NCBI GenBank assembly: GCA_965204755.1
Contig: OZ242011.1
Coordinates: 1 to 64,000, forward strand
Direction of reading: 5' to 3'
Origin: Candidatus Marinacidobacterium sp.
GTDB taxonomy: Bacteria; Acidobacteriota; Vicinamibacteria; Marinacidobacterales; Marinacidobacteraceae
DNA length: 64,000 bases
In this document: piece after piece, positions 17,633-26,846 of the stretch
Position numbering within the stretch: position 1 is the stretch's first letter
Layout of the letters: each line of letters begins with the position of its first letter
Notes under the pieces: generated by a model
Database searches by the model: none
Seen by the model: only the letters and a program-made list of their open reading frames with translations
What the model was told of the DNA's origin: nothing
Translations under genes and position numbers: made by a program

Positions 17633-17801
17633 CGAACCATTCCGGGGCCGGGCGGCGGGCGCCGCGCCCCGAGCCGCCGAAGGGTACGGCCGGCGGGAAG
17701 CCCGGGGCCCGCCGGGAGGGGGACTTCCTAGACTTCCCGATGCCCGACGCCCGAGCCGGCGCCCGATTCCGGCGCGACTCCCTTCGCCTGACGCGTTCCC
17801 G

Positions 17802-19475
17802 GTGACCGCCCTCCTCACCACCGCCGCGATCCGCGAGGCGGAACGCCGCGCGGTCAGCGAAGTCGGGATCTCCACGCGGCTCCTCATGGAGAACGCCGGG
17901 CGGGCCGCCGCCCGCGAGTTGCTCCGCCTGCGCCGACGAGCGGCGCGGCGCGCCCCCGGCCCGCCCCCGCGGGCGCTCCTCGTCTGCGGGGGCGGCGGGA
18001 ACGGCGGCGACGGCCTGGTCGCCCTGCGGACGCTGGCCGCCGAGGGCTGTCCGGCTTCCGCGATCCTGCTCTCGTCGAGCGGCCGGCTCCACCCGGACAC
18101 GCAGGTCAACCTCGAAGCCGCGCTCGCCCTCGACCTTCCCGTGACCTGCGTCGAGACCGAGGAAGAGTGGAAGACGGCGCTGGGCGCGGCGCTCGGGGCT
18201 GCGCCGCCGCCCGGCGCCGGGCCGGGGTGGGTGGTCGTGGACGCCCTGCTGGGAACGGGCGCGGAGGGCCCCCTGCGGGGTCTCGCCGCCGCCGCGGTCC
18301 GCGACCTCTCCCCGAGGGATCCGGACGGCGCCGGATTCGCCGGATTTGCCGACTTCGACGGCCCGGTGCTGCGCGCGGCGGTGGACCTCCCCACCGGCGT
18401 CTCCCCCGACCGGGGGGGACTCCCCGGGCCGGTGCTCCGGGCCGACCTGACGATCGCCCTCGCCGCTCCCCGCCCCAGCCACTTCGTCTCCCCGGCGGCG
18501 GAGGCCTGCGGGGAAGTCCGCGTGGTCGAGATCGGGATTCCGGCGCGGTTCCTCACCGGCGCCTCCCCGGAAGCAGACCCGCCGCTCCGCCTCCTCGACC
18601 GGGAGACCGCCGCCGGCTTCGTTCCCGCCCGTCCGCCCGGCGCCCGGAAGGGGCAGTTGGGGCGCCTGCTGCTCGTCGCCGGCTCCCGGCGGATGCCCGG
18701 CGCGGCCGCGCTCGCCGCCGAGGGGGCGCTCCGCTCCGGCGTCGGCCTGCTGACCGTGGCCGCCCCCCCGGAGGCCTTCGGCCCGCTCCCGCCGGAGGCG
18801 ATGCGGCGCCCGCTCCCGGCGGACGCCGAGGGAGAGATCACCGAGGACGCCGCCGAAGCCGTCCTCCGCGAAGCGGCCGGGGACGGCCGTCGTCCGGACG
18901 CGATCGCGGTCGGGCCCGGATTGGGGCGGCGGCCCGGAGTCCGGGCGGCCGTCCGCCGGATCGCCTCGGAAACCCGGCAGCCGACCGTCCTCGACGCCGA
19001 CGGCCTCCACGCCTACGCCGGGGACGCCTCCGCCCTCTCCGGACGGGAAGGGCTCGCCCTGACGCCGCATCCGGGCGAGGCGGCGCGGCTGCTCGGCGCC
19101 GCGCCGGCGGAAGTCGAGGCCGACCGGGTGGCCGCGGCGCGGCGGCTGGCCGCCGCGAGCGGCGCGGCGGTCGTCCTCAAGGGACGGGGAGCGGTCGTGG
19201 CCGAACCCGGGGGCGCCGCGTTCGTCAACCGCGCCGGCGGCAACGAACTCGCCGGCGGAGGCTCCGGCGATGTCCTCACCGGCGTCGTCGGGGCGTTCCT
19301 CGCCCGGGGCGTTCCCCCGGCCGGCGCGCTCGCCGCCGGAGCGTTCACCCTCGGACGCGCCGGCGAGATCGCCCGCCGGGCCCTCGGCGCGGAGGCGGTC
19401 ACCGCCTCCGACGCGGCGGCGCGCCTGGGGCTCGCCCTCCGCGGCCTCGCCGCCGGGCGCCGCCGCTCCCGATGA
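17802..19475 (+). CDS. nnr: Bifunctional NAD(P)HX epimerase/dehydratase (YjeF)
   Basis: LMENAG, CG.G.NGGDG, VDALLGTG, VDLPTG, KG..GR, GPGLG, LDADGL, LTPHPGEAARL, GSGDVLTG. Confidence 0.93.
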   Translation: MTALLTTAAIREAERRAVSEVGISTRLLMENAGRAAARELLRLRRRAARRAPGPPPRALLVCGGGGNGGDGLVALRTLAAEGCPASAILLSSSGRLHPDTQVNLEAALALDLPVTCVETEEEWKTALGAALGAAPPPGAGPGWVVVDALLGTGAEGPLRGLAAAAVRDLSPRDPDGAGFAGFADFDGPVLRAAVDLPTGVSPDRGGLPGPVLRADLTIALAAPRPSHFVSPAAEACGEVRVVEIGIPARFLTGASPEADPPLRLLDRETAAGFVPARPPGARKGQLGRLLLVAGSRRMPGAAALAAEGALRSGVGLLTVAAPPEAFGPLPPEAMRRPLPADAEGEITEDAAEAVLREAAGDGRRPDAIAVGPGLGRRPGVRAAVRRIASETRQPTVLDADGLHAYAGDASALSGREGLALTPHPGEAARLLGAAPAEVEADRVAAARRLAAASGAAVVLKGRGAVVAEPGGAAFVNRAGGNELAGGGSGDVLTGVVGAFLARGVPPAGALAAGAFTLGRAGEIARRALGAEAVTASDAAARLGLALRGLAAGRRRSR

Positions 19476-19969
19476 CCGCTTCCTGCCCGCCCGAAACCGG
19501 CTCGGCGGCGCCGGCCGGGGGAACCGTGGTCACCCGCTCCCCGGAGGAGACGATGGACGCCGCGGCCCGGCTCGCCCGGGAACTGCCCCGCTGCCGGGCC
19601 TTCTACCTGGAGGGGGACCTCGGGGCCGGGAAGACGGTGTTCGCGAAAGGACTCGCCCGCCACTACGGCGTCTCCCCCGACCGGGTCTCGAGCCCCACCT
19701 TCGCCCTGGTCTCGCAGTACTCGGAAGGCCGCCTCCCCTTCTTCCATCTCGACCTCTACCGGATCGAACGCCCCGAGGAACTCGAGGAGTTGGGGATCGA
19801 GGAGATGGAGGAGCGGGCCGCGGTCGTCGTGGTCGAATGGCCGGAACGCCTGGGCCCCTACCGGAGGGCCGACGCCGTTCGGGTCGTCCTCGAACGCTCG
19901 CCCGACGGCGCCCGGACGATCCGGACGGAGCGCGGGCCCGACGCCCCGACCCGGGAACGCGCTCCATGA
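19472..19969 (+). CDS. tsaE: tRNA threonylcarbamoyladenosine biosynthesis ATPase
   Basis: L.GDLGAGKT, V.SPTF.LV..Y, HLDLYR, VEWPE; follows nnr. Confidence 0.93.
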   Translation: MTASCPPETGSAAPAGGTVVTRSPEETMDAAARLARELPRCRAFYLEGDLGAGKTVFAKGLARHYGVSPDRVSSPTFALVSQYSEGRLPFFHLDLYRIERPEELEELGIEEMEERAAVVVVEWPERLGPYRRADAVRVVLERSPDGARTIRTERGPDAPTRERAP

Positions 19970-21411
19970 ACCCGCGCGCCGCCTGGCCGGCGGCGATCGC
20001 GCTCGCCGCCGGCCTCCCCGGCTGCGGCGGGCCGACGGCCGGGCGGACCGCGTCCGACGGGCCCGACGGGGCCGACGGGCCGACCGCGAACCTCATCGTC
20101 GTAACCGTCTCCTCGCTCCGCGCCGACCGCCTCGGGATCTACGGCTACCGCCGGAACACCACCCCCCGCCTCGACCTGCTCGGCGCGTCCGGCGCCCTCT
20201 TCCTCGAAGCCCTCACCCCGTGGCCGGAGACGGCGCGCGCCGCCCTCGCCGCCCTCAGCGGAGCGGACCCGGCGGAGGCCGCCCTCGGCGCCCCGGCCCG
20301 CCTGGCCTCCGCGGAAGTCGGACGCCGCCTGCTCCCGGCGCTCCTCCGCGCCCGCGGGTACCGGACGCTGGCCGCGGTGGACCACCCGGCCCTCGTCGGC
20401 CTCTTCGGCGCGGCGAGCCCCTTCGACCGGCGGCTCGACCTCTGGGAGCGGCCCGGCCCGGAGGCGGCGGACGCGGTCGCCGGGTTCGCGGAGGAAGTCC
20501 TCTCCGGCCCGGAAGCCGCCGACCCGTTCTTCCTCTGGCTCCACTTCTCGGCCCCGGAGCCGCCGCTCGCCCCCGGCGACGAGGACCTGGCCGCGGTCGC
20601 GGCGGACGGCGCCGGAGCCGACTCCCCGGTCTTCCGGGACGGCCCCGTCCCGGCGGCCGCGTTCGCCGGCGGCCCCGGCTACCGGGAGCAGGCGGACCGC
20701 TACGACGCCGCCGTCCGCTCGGTGGACCGGGCGGCGGGCCGCGCGCTCGACGCCCTCGCCGCCGGGCCGGCCGCCGGGAAGACCCTGGTCGTCGTCGCCG
20801 GACTCCACGGGGAGTCCCTCGGCGAACACGGCGCCCCCTTCGTCCGTCCGCGGGGTCTCTTCCACGAGTGGCTCCGCGTTCCCCTGCTGTTCGCCTGGCC
20901 CGGCGCCGCCGAACCGCCCTTCCCGCCCGGCGCCCGGTTCCCCGGGCTCGTGAGCCTCGCCGACCTGGCGCCGACCGCCCTGACCCTGCTGGGGGCCGCC
21001 CCGCCGCCGAGACGCCCGGAGGACCTCGGGATCAGCCTGGCGGAGGCTCTCGGCCGGAACCAGCCGCGCCCCCACTTCCGGCTCCACGCCGCTTCGGAAG
21101 GCGGCCTCTTCGCCATCTACGACGGCCGGCTGAAGATGCTGCGCCTGCCCGGGTCCGGCGGCCAGCCCCCGCTCTTCGCCGCCTTCGACCTCCGGCGGGA
21201 CCCGAACGAAGCGGAGAACCGCTACTACGGGGCGGAGGGCTCCCTCGCCCCGCTCAAGGCGGAACTCGACACCCGCCGCATCCGCGCCGTGGCCTTCCGC
21301 CAGCGGAACGAGCGGGCGGCCGCGGAATCCGGCGACCCTGACGGCACCGCCGGCGCGCCGGCCGCCTCCCCCGCCCTGCGCGAAGCGCTGGCGGCCCGCG
21401 GCTACCGGTAG
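19966..21411 (+). CDS. Sulfatase-like (alkaline phosphatase superfamily) lipoprotein with degenerate active site
   Basis: Lipobox LPGC; LRADRLG.YGY.R.TTP.LD, HGESLGEHG, LRVPLL, DL.PT.L.LLG, DL..DPNE..N. Confidence 0.8.
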   Translation: MNPRAAWPAAIALAAGLPGCGGPTAGRTASDGPDGADGPTANLIVVTVSSLRADRLGIYGYRRNTTPRLDLLGASGALFLEALTPWPETARAALAALSGADPAEAALGAPARLASAEVGRRLLPALLRARGYRTLAAVDHPALVGLFGAASPFDRRLDLWERPGPEAADAVAGFAEEVLSGPEAADPFFLWLHFSAPEPPLAPGDEDLAAVAADGAGADSPVFRDGPVPAAAFAGGPGYREQADRYDAAVRSVDRAAGRALDALAAGPAAGKTLVVVAGLHGESLGEHGAPFVRPRGLFHEWLRVPLLFAWPGAAEPPFPPGARFPGLVSLADLAPTALTLLGAAPPPRRPEDLGISLAEALGRNQPRPHFRLHAASEGGLFAIYDGRLKMLRLPGSGGQPPLFAAFDLRRDPNEAENRYYGAEGSLAPLKAELDTRRIRAVAFRQRNERAAAESGDPDGTAGAPAASPALREALAARGYR

Positions 21412-21451
21412 CCCGCCGCCCGGCGGCCCCGGGCCCCGGCGGCCGGCCGGC

Positions 21452-22051
21452 TCATGCCCGGAAGAAAACCATCGAGTTGCCGCTGGGGAAGAAGAGCGTG
21501 AGGCGGTCGCCCTCGACGGCGAACCGGCACGGCTCCCGGTGGCGCTCGGCGGCGTCGGGGAACGACCGCATCGCCATCCGGAGCGGCGCCTCCGGGAGGG
21601 CGCCGACCGCCTCCCCGGCGGAGAGGTGGTAGGCGTGGGTCAGCGTGAGCTTCTCGCCGTCCCGGAAGAACTGTCCGCCCTCGGCGGAGCCCCGGAGCGG
21701 CGTACCGGAGTCCTCCCCGCCTCCTCCGGCGCCGGTAACGAAGAACACGACCATCCACTCCCCTTCGGAGGCGCCTTCCTCGCCCGAGAAGACGATCCGT
21801 CCGTCCACCGGCAGGACCTCCCCGCCGGCCAGCCGGTATTCCCGGGGCCGCCAAGCGCCGAGCAGCCCCCCGTCCGACTGCCGGGCAGCCGGGGCGGCCG
21901 CCCCGACCGACGATCCTGCCGCCGCCCCGCCGGGAGTCGGCTCGACGGGGTTCGAGACAGCAGGGGTCGAGGCGAAGAGAACGGCGAAGAGGAAGGCGAG
22001 AGCCGCGGCGGCCCCCGAACCGGACGGCGAACCGCGGCCTGTCGAACGCAT
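21452..22051 (-). CDS. Secreted lipocalin-like beta-barrel protein
   Basis: Signal-like N-terminus; LLGAWR..EY, G...F, GG.F..DG.KL, C-terminal L.F.SG...VF.R. Confidence 0.55.
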   Translation of the reverse strand: MRSTGRGSPSGSGAAAALAFLFAVLFASTPAVSNPVEPTPGGAAAGSSVGAAAPAARQSDGGLLGAWRPREYRLAGGEVLPVDGRIVFSGEEGASEGEWMVVFFVTGAGGGGEDSGTPLRGSAEGGQFFRDGEKLTLTHAYHLSAGEAVGALPEAPLRMAMRSFPDAAERHREPCRFAVEGDRLTLFFPSGNSMVFFRA

Positions 22052-22084
22052 GGGAACGGACGATACCGGCCCGCCCCTCCGCCC

Positions 22085-22090
22085 TAGACT
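22085..22090 (+). promoter_or_regulatory. Putative -10 box TAGACT
   Basis: TANNNT hexamer 9 nt upstream of ATG 22100 in a short divergent intergenic region. Confidence 0.35.
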
Positions 22091-22099
22091 TCCGCCGCC

Positions 22100-22669
22100 A
22101 TGAGGAACCCGGCGAATGCGGGCGCCCCGACCGGGGAGCCGGGCGCCGCCTTCCTCGAGGAGCGTCTCCGGACGATCGCCCGGGAGAAACTGCTGGAGGA
22201 GTTCCTCCCCCGCCTCGAGACCGCCGTCGGCCTCCTCTCCGAGGAGGAGGTCTGGCGCAAGCCGAACCCGGAGAGCAACAGCGTCGGCAACCTGGTCCTC
22301 CATCTCGAAGGCAACCTCCGGCAGTGGGTCGTCTCCGGGCTCGGCGGCGCGAAGGATGTCCGGGATCGGCCGCGGGAGTTCGCCCCCCGGCGGCGCGAGC
22401 CCGCCGCGGAAGTCCTCCGCCGGCTCCGCGCCGCCGTGGAAGAGGCGGTGGGGGTGATCGCCGCCCTCCCGTCCGCCGACTTCGCCCGCCGGGTCCGGAT
22501 CCAGGCCTGGGAGGTGGACGGCGTCGAGATCGTGATCCATGTCGTGGAGCACTTCTCCTACCACTACGGGCAGATCGCCTACGCGGTCAAGGCCGCCCGC
22601 GGCGAAGACCTCGGCTTCTACTCGGGGATGGCGCTCGACGGGCCCCCGCCCGGCGACCGGACGCGCTGA
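22100..22669 (+). CDS. DinB/DUF1572-family protein
   Basis: PN.ESNSVGNLVLHL.GNLRQW, RDR..EF, HVVEHFSYHYGQI. Confidence 0.85.
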   Translation: MRNPANAGAPTGEPGAAFLEERLRTIAREKLLEEFLPRLETAVGLLSEEEVWRKPNPESNSVGNLVLHLEGNLRQWVVSGLGGAKDVRDRPREFAPRRREPAAEVLRRLRAAVEEAVGVIAALPSADFARRVRIQAWEVDGVEIVIHVVEHFSYHYGQIAYAVKAARGEDLGFYSGMALDGPPPGDRTR

Positions 22670-22724
22670 CCGCCGGCTGTCCTCCACCCTCCGCGCCCGC
22701 CCGCGCCGCCCGATGCCCCGCCCG

Positions 22725-23789
22725 ATGACCCGCCGCGCCCCCGCCGCGCTCCTGCTGCTGACTGCGCCGCTCCTCGCCGGCTGTTCCCTCGTCACCGGCG
22801 TCGCCGTGAACTCGCTCGCGGAGGTGCTCGCCGAGGGGGAGGCGGTGTACCGGTCGGACGAGGACCTCGAACTCGTCGGCAGCGCGCTCGCCTTCAACCT
22901 GAAGACCCTCGAGACGCTCCTCCTCGCCAACCCGGAGCACGACGGGATGCTCCTGAGCGCCGCCAAGGGCTTCCTGCTCTACACCTACGGCTTCGTGGAG
23001 CCGCAGCGGTTCGACCTCGACTTCACCCAGTTCGAGGAGGAGCAGGCCATCCGGGCGCGGGCCGCCCGGCTCTACGCCCGGGCCGCCGACTTCGGGATGC
23101 GGGGGCTCGAACTCCGCCACCCGGGAATCCGCGAGCGCCTGCGCCGGGCCCCGGAAAGCGCCGCCGCCGAACTCGAAACCGAAGACGCGGCGCTGGCGCT
23201 GTGGACCGGGACCGCCCTCGGCGGGCGGATCGGGATGGCCACCGACGACCCCGAAGCCACCGCCGACCTCTCGGTGGTCGGCGCCCTTCTGGACGCTTCG
23301 CGCCGCCTCGACGACACCGTGGACGACGGCGTGGTGTACGACTACCTGAGCGTCTATGAAGTCGCGCGCGTCGGCGGCTCGATGGAGCGCGCCCGGGAGC
23401 ACTACGAACGCTCGCTCGCCGTCGGGGCCGAGCGCCTCCCGGTGGTCTGGTCCACCTGGGCCGAGACCGGCTCGGTGGCGAACGGCGACCACGAGGAGTT
23501 CGACGCCCTCCTCCGCCGCACCCTCGACTTCGACCTCGACAGCGAGCCCGGCGGCCGCCTGCTCAACCGGATCGCCCAGGAGCGCGCCGCCTGGCTGCTC
23601 CGGAACCGCGAGGACTACTTCCTCGACATCCTGCCGGCCGAAGGCCGATCGTCAACCGCCGAAGGCCCATCGTCAACTGCCGAAGGCGGACCGTCAACTG
23701 CCGAGGGCGGACCGCCAACCGCCGAAGACGGACCGTCAACCGCCGCCGCGCGAACCCCCGCCGCCCCCGGCCTCCCGCCCCTCCCATGA
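22725..23789 (+). CDS. TRAP transporter TatT (TPR lipoprotein) component
   Basis: Lipobox LAGC; D.ELV..AL.F.LK.LE.LL, Y.YGFV, ARLY.RA..FG.RGL; upstream of DctP and DctQM; start at 22713 also possible. Confidence 0.82.
   Translation: MTRRAPAALLLLTAPLLAGCSLVTGVAVNSLAEVLAEGEAVYRSDEDLELVGSALAFNLKTLETLLLANPEHDGMLLSAAKGFLLYTYGFVEPQRFDLDFTQFEEEQAIRARAARLYARAADFGMRGLELRHPGIRERLRRAPESAAAELETEDAALALWTGTALGGRIGMATDDPEATADLSVVGALLDASRRLDDTVDDGVVYDYLSVYEVARVGGSMERAREHYERSLAVGAERLPVVWSTWAETGSVANGDHEEFDALLRRTLDFDLDSEPGGRLLNRIAQERAAWLLRNREDYFLDILPAEGRSSTAEGPSSTAEGGPSTAEGGPPTAEDGPSTAAARTPAAPGLPPLP
23637..23741 (+). repeat. Five 21-bp tandem repeats (AEGxxST) in the TatT C-terminal tail
   Basis: GCCGAAGG....CGTCAAC unit repeated five times. 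Confidence 0.9.
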
Positions 23790-24835
23790 ACGACCCCTCC
23801 CCCGCCACCCGGCGCCGGCCCCCGGCGCTCCTGCGAGCCGCCGCGCGGCTCCTGCTCCCCGCGGCGGCCCTGCTCGCCGCCGCGCCCGCCGCCGAAGCGC
23901 GCGTTTCGCTCCGCCTCGCCACCGTCGCCCCGAGCGGCTCCGCCTGGCACCTCATCCTCCAGAAACTCGCCGCGGACATCGGCCGGGAGACCGACCGCGA
24001 AGTCCGGATCCGGGTGCTCGCCGGAGGCGCCGCCGGCGACGAGACCGACCTCATCCGCAAGATGCGGATCGGGCAGGTGCACCTCGCCGCGATCTCCAAT
24101 GTGGGGCTCGCCGAACTCGACTCGAGCGCCTGGACGCTGTCCATCCCCATGGTCTTCCGGGACTACGCCGAGTGGGACCATGTGCGGGAGGCCGTGAACC
24201 CGACCATCGAAGAGACCCTGCGGGGGCACGGCTTCCACACCCTCGCCTGGGCCGATGTGGGCTGGATCCACTTCTTCTCCACCCGCCCGGTCCGCACGCT
24301 GGAGGACATCCGGGGCCTGCGGCTCGCCGGGTCGGCCACCGACCAGACCGCGGTGGACCTGCTCCGCTGGGCCGGCTTCGACCCGGTGCCGATCAACACC
24401 GTGGAGATGGTCAGCGGCTTCCAGACCGGGCTGGTGGAGGCCGCCGGGCTCCCCGTCATCCTCGCCGAGGGCTCGCAGATCTACCGCTCGGCGCAGTTCA
24501 TGAACGACCTGAAGTGGGCCCCGCTCCAGGGGGCGGTGGTGATCCACGAGACCGGCTGGGAGCGGCTCGATCCGCAGCAGCGGGAAGTCGTGACCCGGCT
24601 GAGTCTGGGCGCCGCCGCCGAGTTCCGGCGCACGAACCGCGAACAGGAGCGGAAGTCCCTCGCCGCGATGGAGAGCCGGGGACTCGAGGTGATCGAAGCC
24701 ACGGACGCCTTCCGGGCGGAGTGGCAGACCGCCGCCGAGAGCGCCTGGCCGCTGGTGCGGGAACGCCTGGTGCCGGCCGAGGTCTTCGACGAGGTCCTCC
24801 GCCTGCGGGACGCCTTCCGCTCCGGCGAGAACTGA
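23786..24835 (+). CDS. dctP: TRAP transporter substrate-binding protein (DctP/TatP)
   Basis: LATVAP.GS.W, GG.AGDE...IRKMRIGQ, W.DVGW. Confidence 0.88.
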   Translation: MNDPSPATRRRPPALLRAAARLLLPAAALLAAAPAAEARVSLRLATVAPSGSAWHLILQKLAADIGRETDREVRIRVLAGGAAGDETDLIRKMRIGQVHLAAISNVGLAELDSSAWTLSIPMVFRDYAEWDHVREAVNPTIEETLRGHGFHTLAWADVGWIHFFSTRPVRTLEDIRGLRLAGSATDQTAVDLLRWAGFDPVPINTVEMVSGFQTGLVEAAGLPVILAEGSQIYRSAQFMNDLKWAPLQGAVVIHETGWERLDPQQREVVTRLSLGAAAEFRRTNREQERKSLAAMESRGLEVIEATDAFRAEWQTAAESAWPLVRERLVPAEVFDEVLRLRDAFRSGEN

Positions 24836-24914
24836 GTCCGGGCGGCGCCCCTCCCGCTCCGCCCCCCTCCCCCCGGCGGCGGCGAGCGGCTGCTAACTTC
24901 CGCCGCGCCGCCGC

Positions 24915-26825
24915 ATGAGCCCGTCCACTCCTCCGGAAGACCCCGCCGAAGCGCCGGCGGCGGACGGAACGGCCCGGGCGCCCGCACCGGAAGAAAGCCG
25001 CCCGGAAGAGGCGAAACCCCGCCAGGGCCGCCTCGCCACCCTCGAGGACGCCGTCGCCGTCGGGGCGCTCGTCCTGATGGCGGCGATCCCGATCGCCGAG
25101 TCCGTCATCCGGCCCTTCTGGCCGGGCGGGGTGCCCGGGTCGGCGATGTGGGTGCAGCACCTCGCCCTCTGGGTGGGGTTCCTCGGCGCCGCGGTCGCCG
25201 CCCGCCGGGGCGAACTCCTCGCGCTCACCGTCGGCGCGCAGTTCGCGCCCGCCGACTGGAAACGGACCCTCGCGTCGTTCGCCGGCGCGGTCTCCTTCGT
25301 CACCGGCGTCTCGCTGGCCTACGCCAGCGTGGTGCTGATCCGGGCCGAATGGGTCGGCGGACGGGAACTCGCCCTGGGCGTGCCGGTCTGGGCCGCCGCC
25401 GGTGTCATGCCCTTCGGCTTCGCGCTCATCTCCGTCCGCCTCTACCGGCGGATCCCCACCCGCTGGGGCCGCTGGACGGCGGCCGCCGGCCTCCTGCTGC
25501 CCCTCGCCCTCCACGAGGGCCTGACCGGCTTCGACTTCACCGGCCTCGGGATCGAATGGGTCCTGTTCGGCGCGGTCCTCGCCGCCACCGCCTTCGGCGC
25601 CCCGATCTTCGTGGGGCTCGCCGGCGCCGCCGCCGTCCTCCTCTGGGGCAACTGGGACCCGATCTCGGCGATCCCCGCCGAGGCGTACGGCATGACCGGC
25701 AAGCCGACCCTCCCCACGATCCCCCTGTTCACCCTCGCCGGCTACATCCTGGCCGAGGGGGGCGCCCCGAAGCGGCTGGTCGTCCTCTTCCGCGGCCTCT
25801 TCTCCTGGCTGCCGGGCGGCGTCGCCACCTCGGCGATCGTCGTCTCGGCGTTCTTCACCTGCTTCACCGGCGGCAGCGGCGTGACCATCCTCGCCGTCGG
25901 CGGCCTCATGTTCCCGCTCCTCGTCCGGGACGGGCACCGCCCGCAGTTCGCCACCGGCCTGCTGACCTCCGCCGGTTCGCTCGGCCTCCTCTTCCCCCCG
26001 TCGCTCGCGGTGATCCTCTACGGCCTCGTCGCGGAAGTGGACATCCCCCGCCTCTTCGTCGCCGGATTCGCCCCGGCGGTCCTGGAGATCGTCCTGGTCT
26101 CCGCGTTCATCGTCTTCGCGACGCGGCGGTTCGCCGGGAAGCGGTCGTCCTTCCGCTTCCGGGAGGCCCTCTCGGCCCTGTGGATCGCCAAGTGGGAAGC
26201 GGCGATCCCGGTGGTCGTCCTCTCGGTGGTGATCCTCGGCGTCGCGACCCTGGTCGAGGCCGCCGCCCTCACCGTCCTCTACGCGCTCTTCGTGGAGTTC
26301 GTCGTCCACCGGGAGGGGAAGACGCTCCGCGACCTGGTGAGGATCGGCGGGAACGCGGCGACCCTGATCGGCGGCGTCCTGCTGATCCTGGGCGCGGCGC
26401 TGGGGCTCACGAACTACCTGGTGTTCGCGGACATCCCGACCATGGCGGTGGCCTGGGTGCAGTCGTTCGTCGCCTCGCCGCTCTTCTTCCTCCTCCTCCT
26501 CAACCTGTTCCTGCTGCTCACCGGATGTCTCATGGACATCTACTCGGCGGTGGTGGTGGTCGTCCCGCTGATCGCGCCGCTGGGGCTCGCCTACGGCGTG
26601 GACCCGCTCCACCTCGGCGTCATCTTCCTGACGAACCTGGAACTCGGCTACCTCACGCCGCCGGTGGGGATGAACCTGTTCCTCGCCTCCTACCGCTTCG
26701 GGCGGCCGCTCACCGAGGTGTACCGGGCGGCGCTCCCCTTCCTCGCGATCCGCGCCGGCGCCGTCCTGCTCGTAACCTACGCCCCCTTCCTGACCCTCGC
26801 CCTGCCCGAGCGCCTCTACGGCTGA
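24915..26825 (+). CDS. dctM: TRAP transporter fused small/large permease (DctQM)
   Basis: LWVGFLGA..A; IPLFTLAGY, FTGGSGVTI, GSLGLLFPPSL, NLELGYLTPPVGMNLF. Confidence 0.92.
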   Translation: MSPSTPPEDPAEAPAADGTARAPAPEESRPEEAKPRQGRLATLEDAVAVGALVLMAAIPIAESVIRPFWPGGVPGSAMWVQHLALWVGFLGAAVAARRGELLALTVGAQFAPADWKRTLASFAGAVSFVTGVSLAYASVVLIRAEWVGGRELALGVPVWAAAGVMPFGFALISVRLYRRIPTRWGRWTAAAGLLLPLALHEGLTGFDFTGLGIEWVLFGAVLAATAFGAPIFVGLAGAAAVLLWGNWDPISAIPAEAYGMTGKPTLPTIPLFTLAGYILAEGGAPKRLVVLFRGLFSWLPGGVATSAIVVSAFFTCFTGGSGVTILAVGGLMFPLLVRDGHRPQFATGLLTSAGSLGLLFPPSLAVILYGLVAEVDIPRLFVAGFAPAVLEIVLVSAFIVFATRRFAGKRSSFRFREALSALWIAKWEAAIPVVVLSVVILGVATLVEAAALTVLYALFVEFVVHREGKTLRDLVRIGGNAATLIGGVLLILGAALGLTNYLVFADIPTMAVAWVQSFVASPLFFLLLLNLFLLLTGCLMDIYSAVVVVVPLIAPLGLAYGVDPLHLGVIFLTNLELGYLTPPVGMNLFLASYRFGRPLTEVYRAALPFLAIRAGAVLLVTYAPFLTLALPERLYG

Positions 26826-26846
26826 GCGGCGAAAGGCCCCCGCGAC

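Noticed and set aside
23637-23741. Tandem arrays here and at 52910, 54852 and 57793 as CRISPR arrays
   Set aside because: Units of 11-21 bp with no unique spacers of CRISPR length and no cas genes
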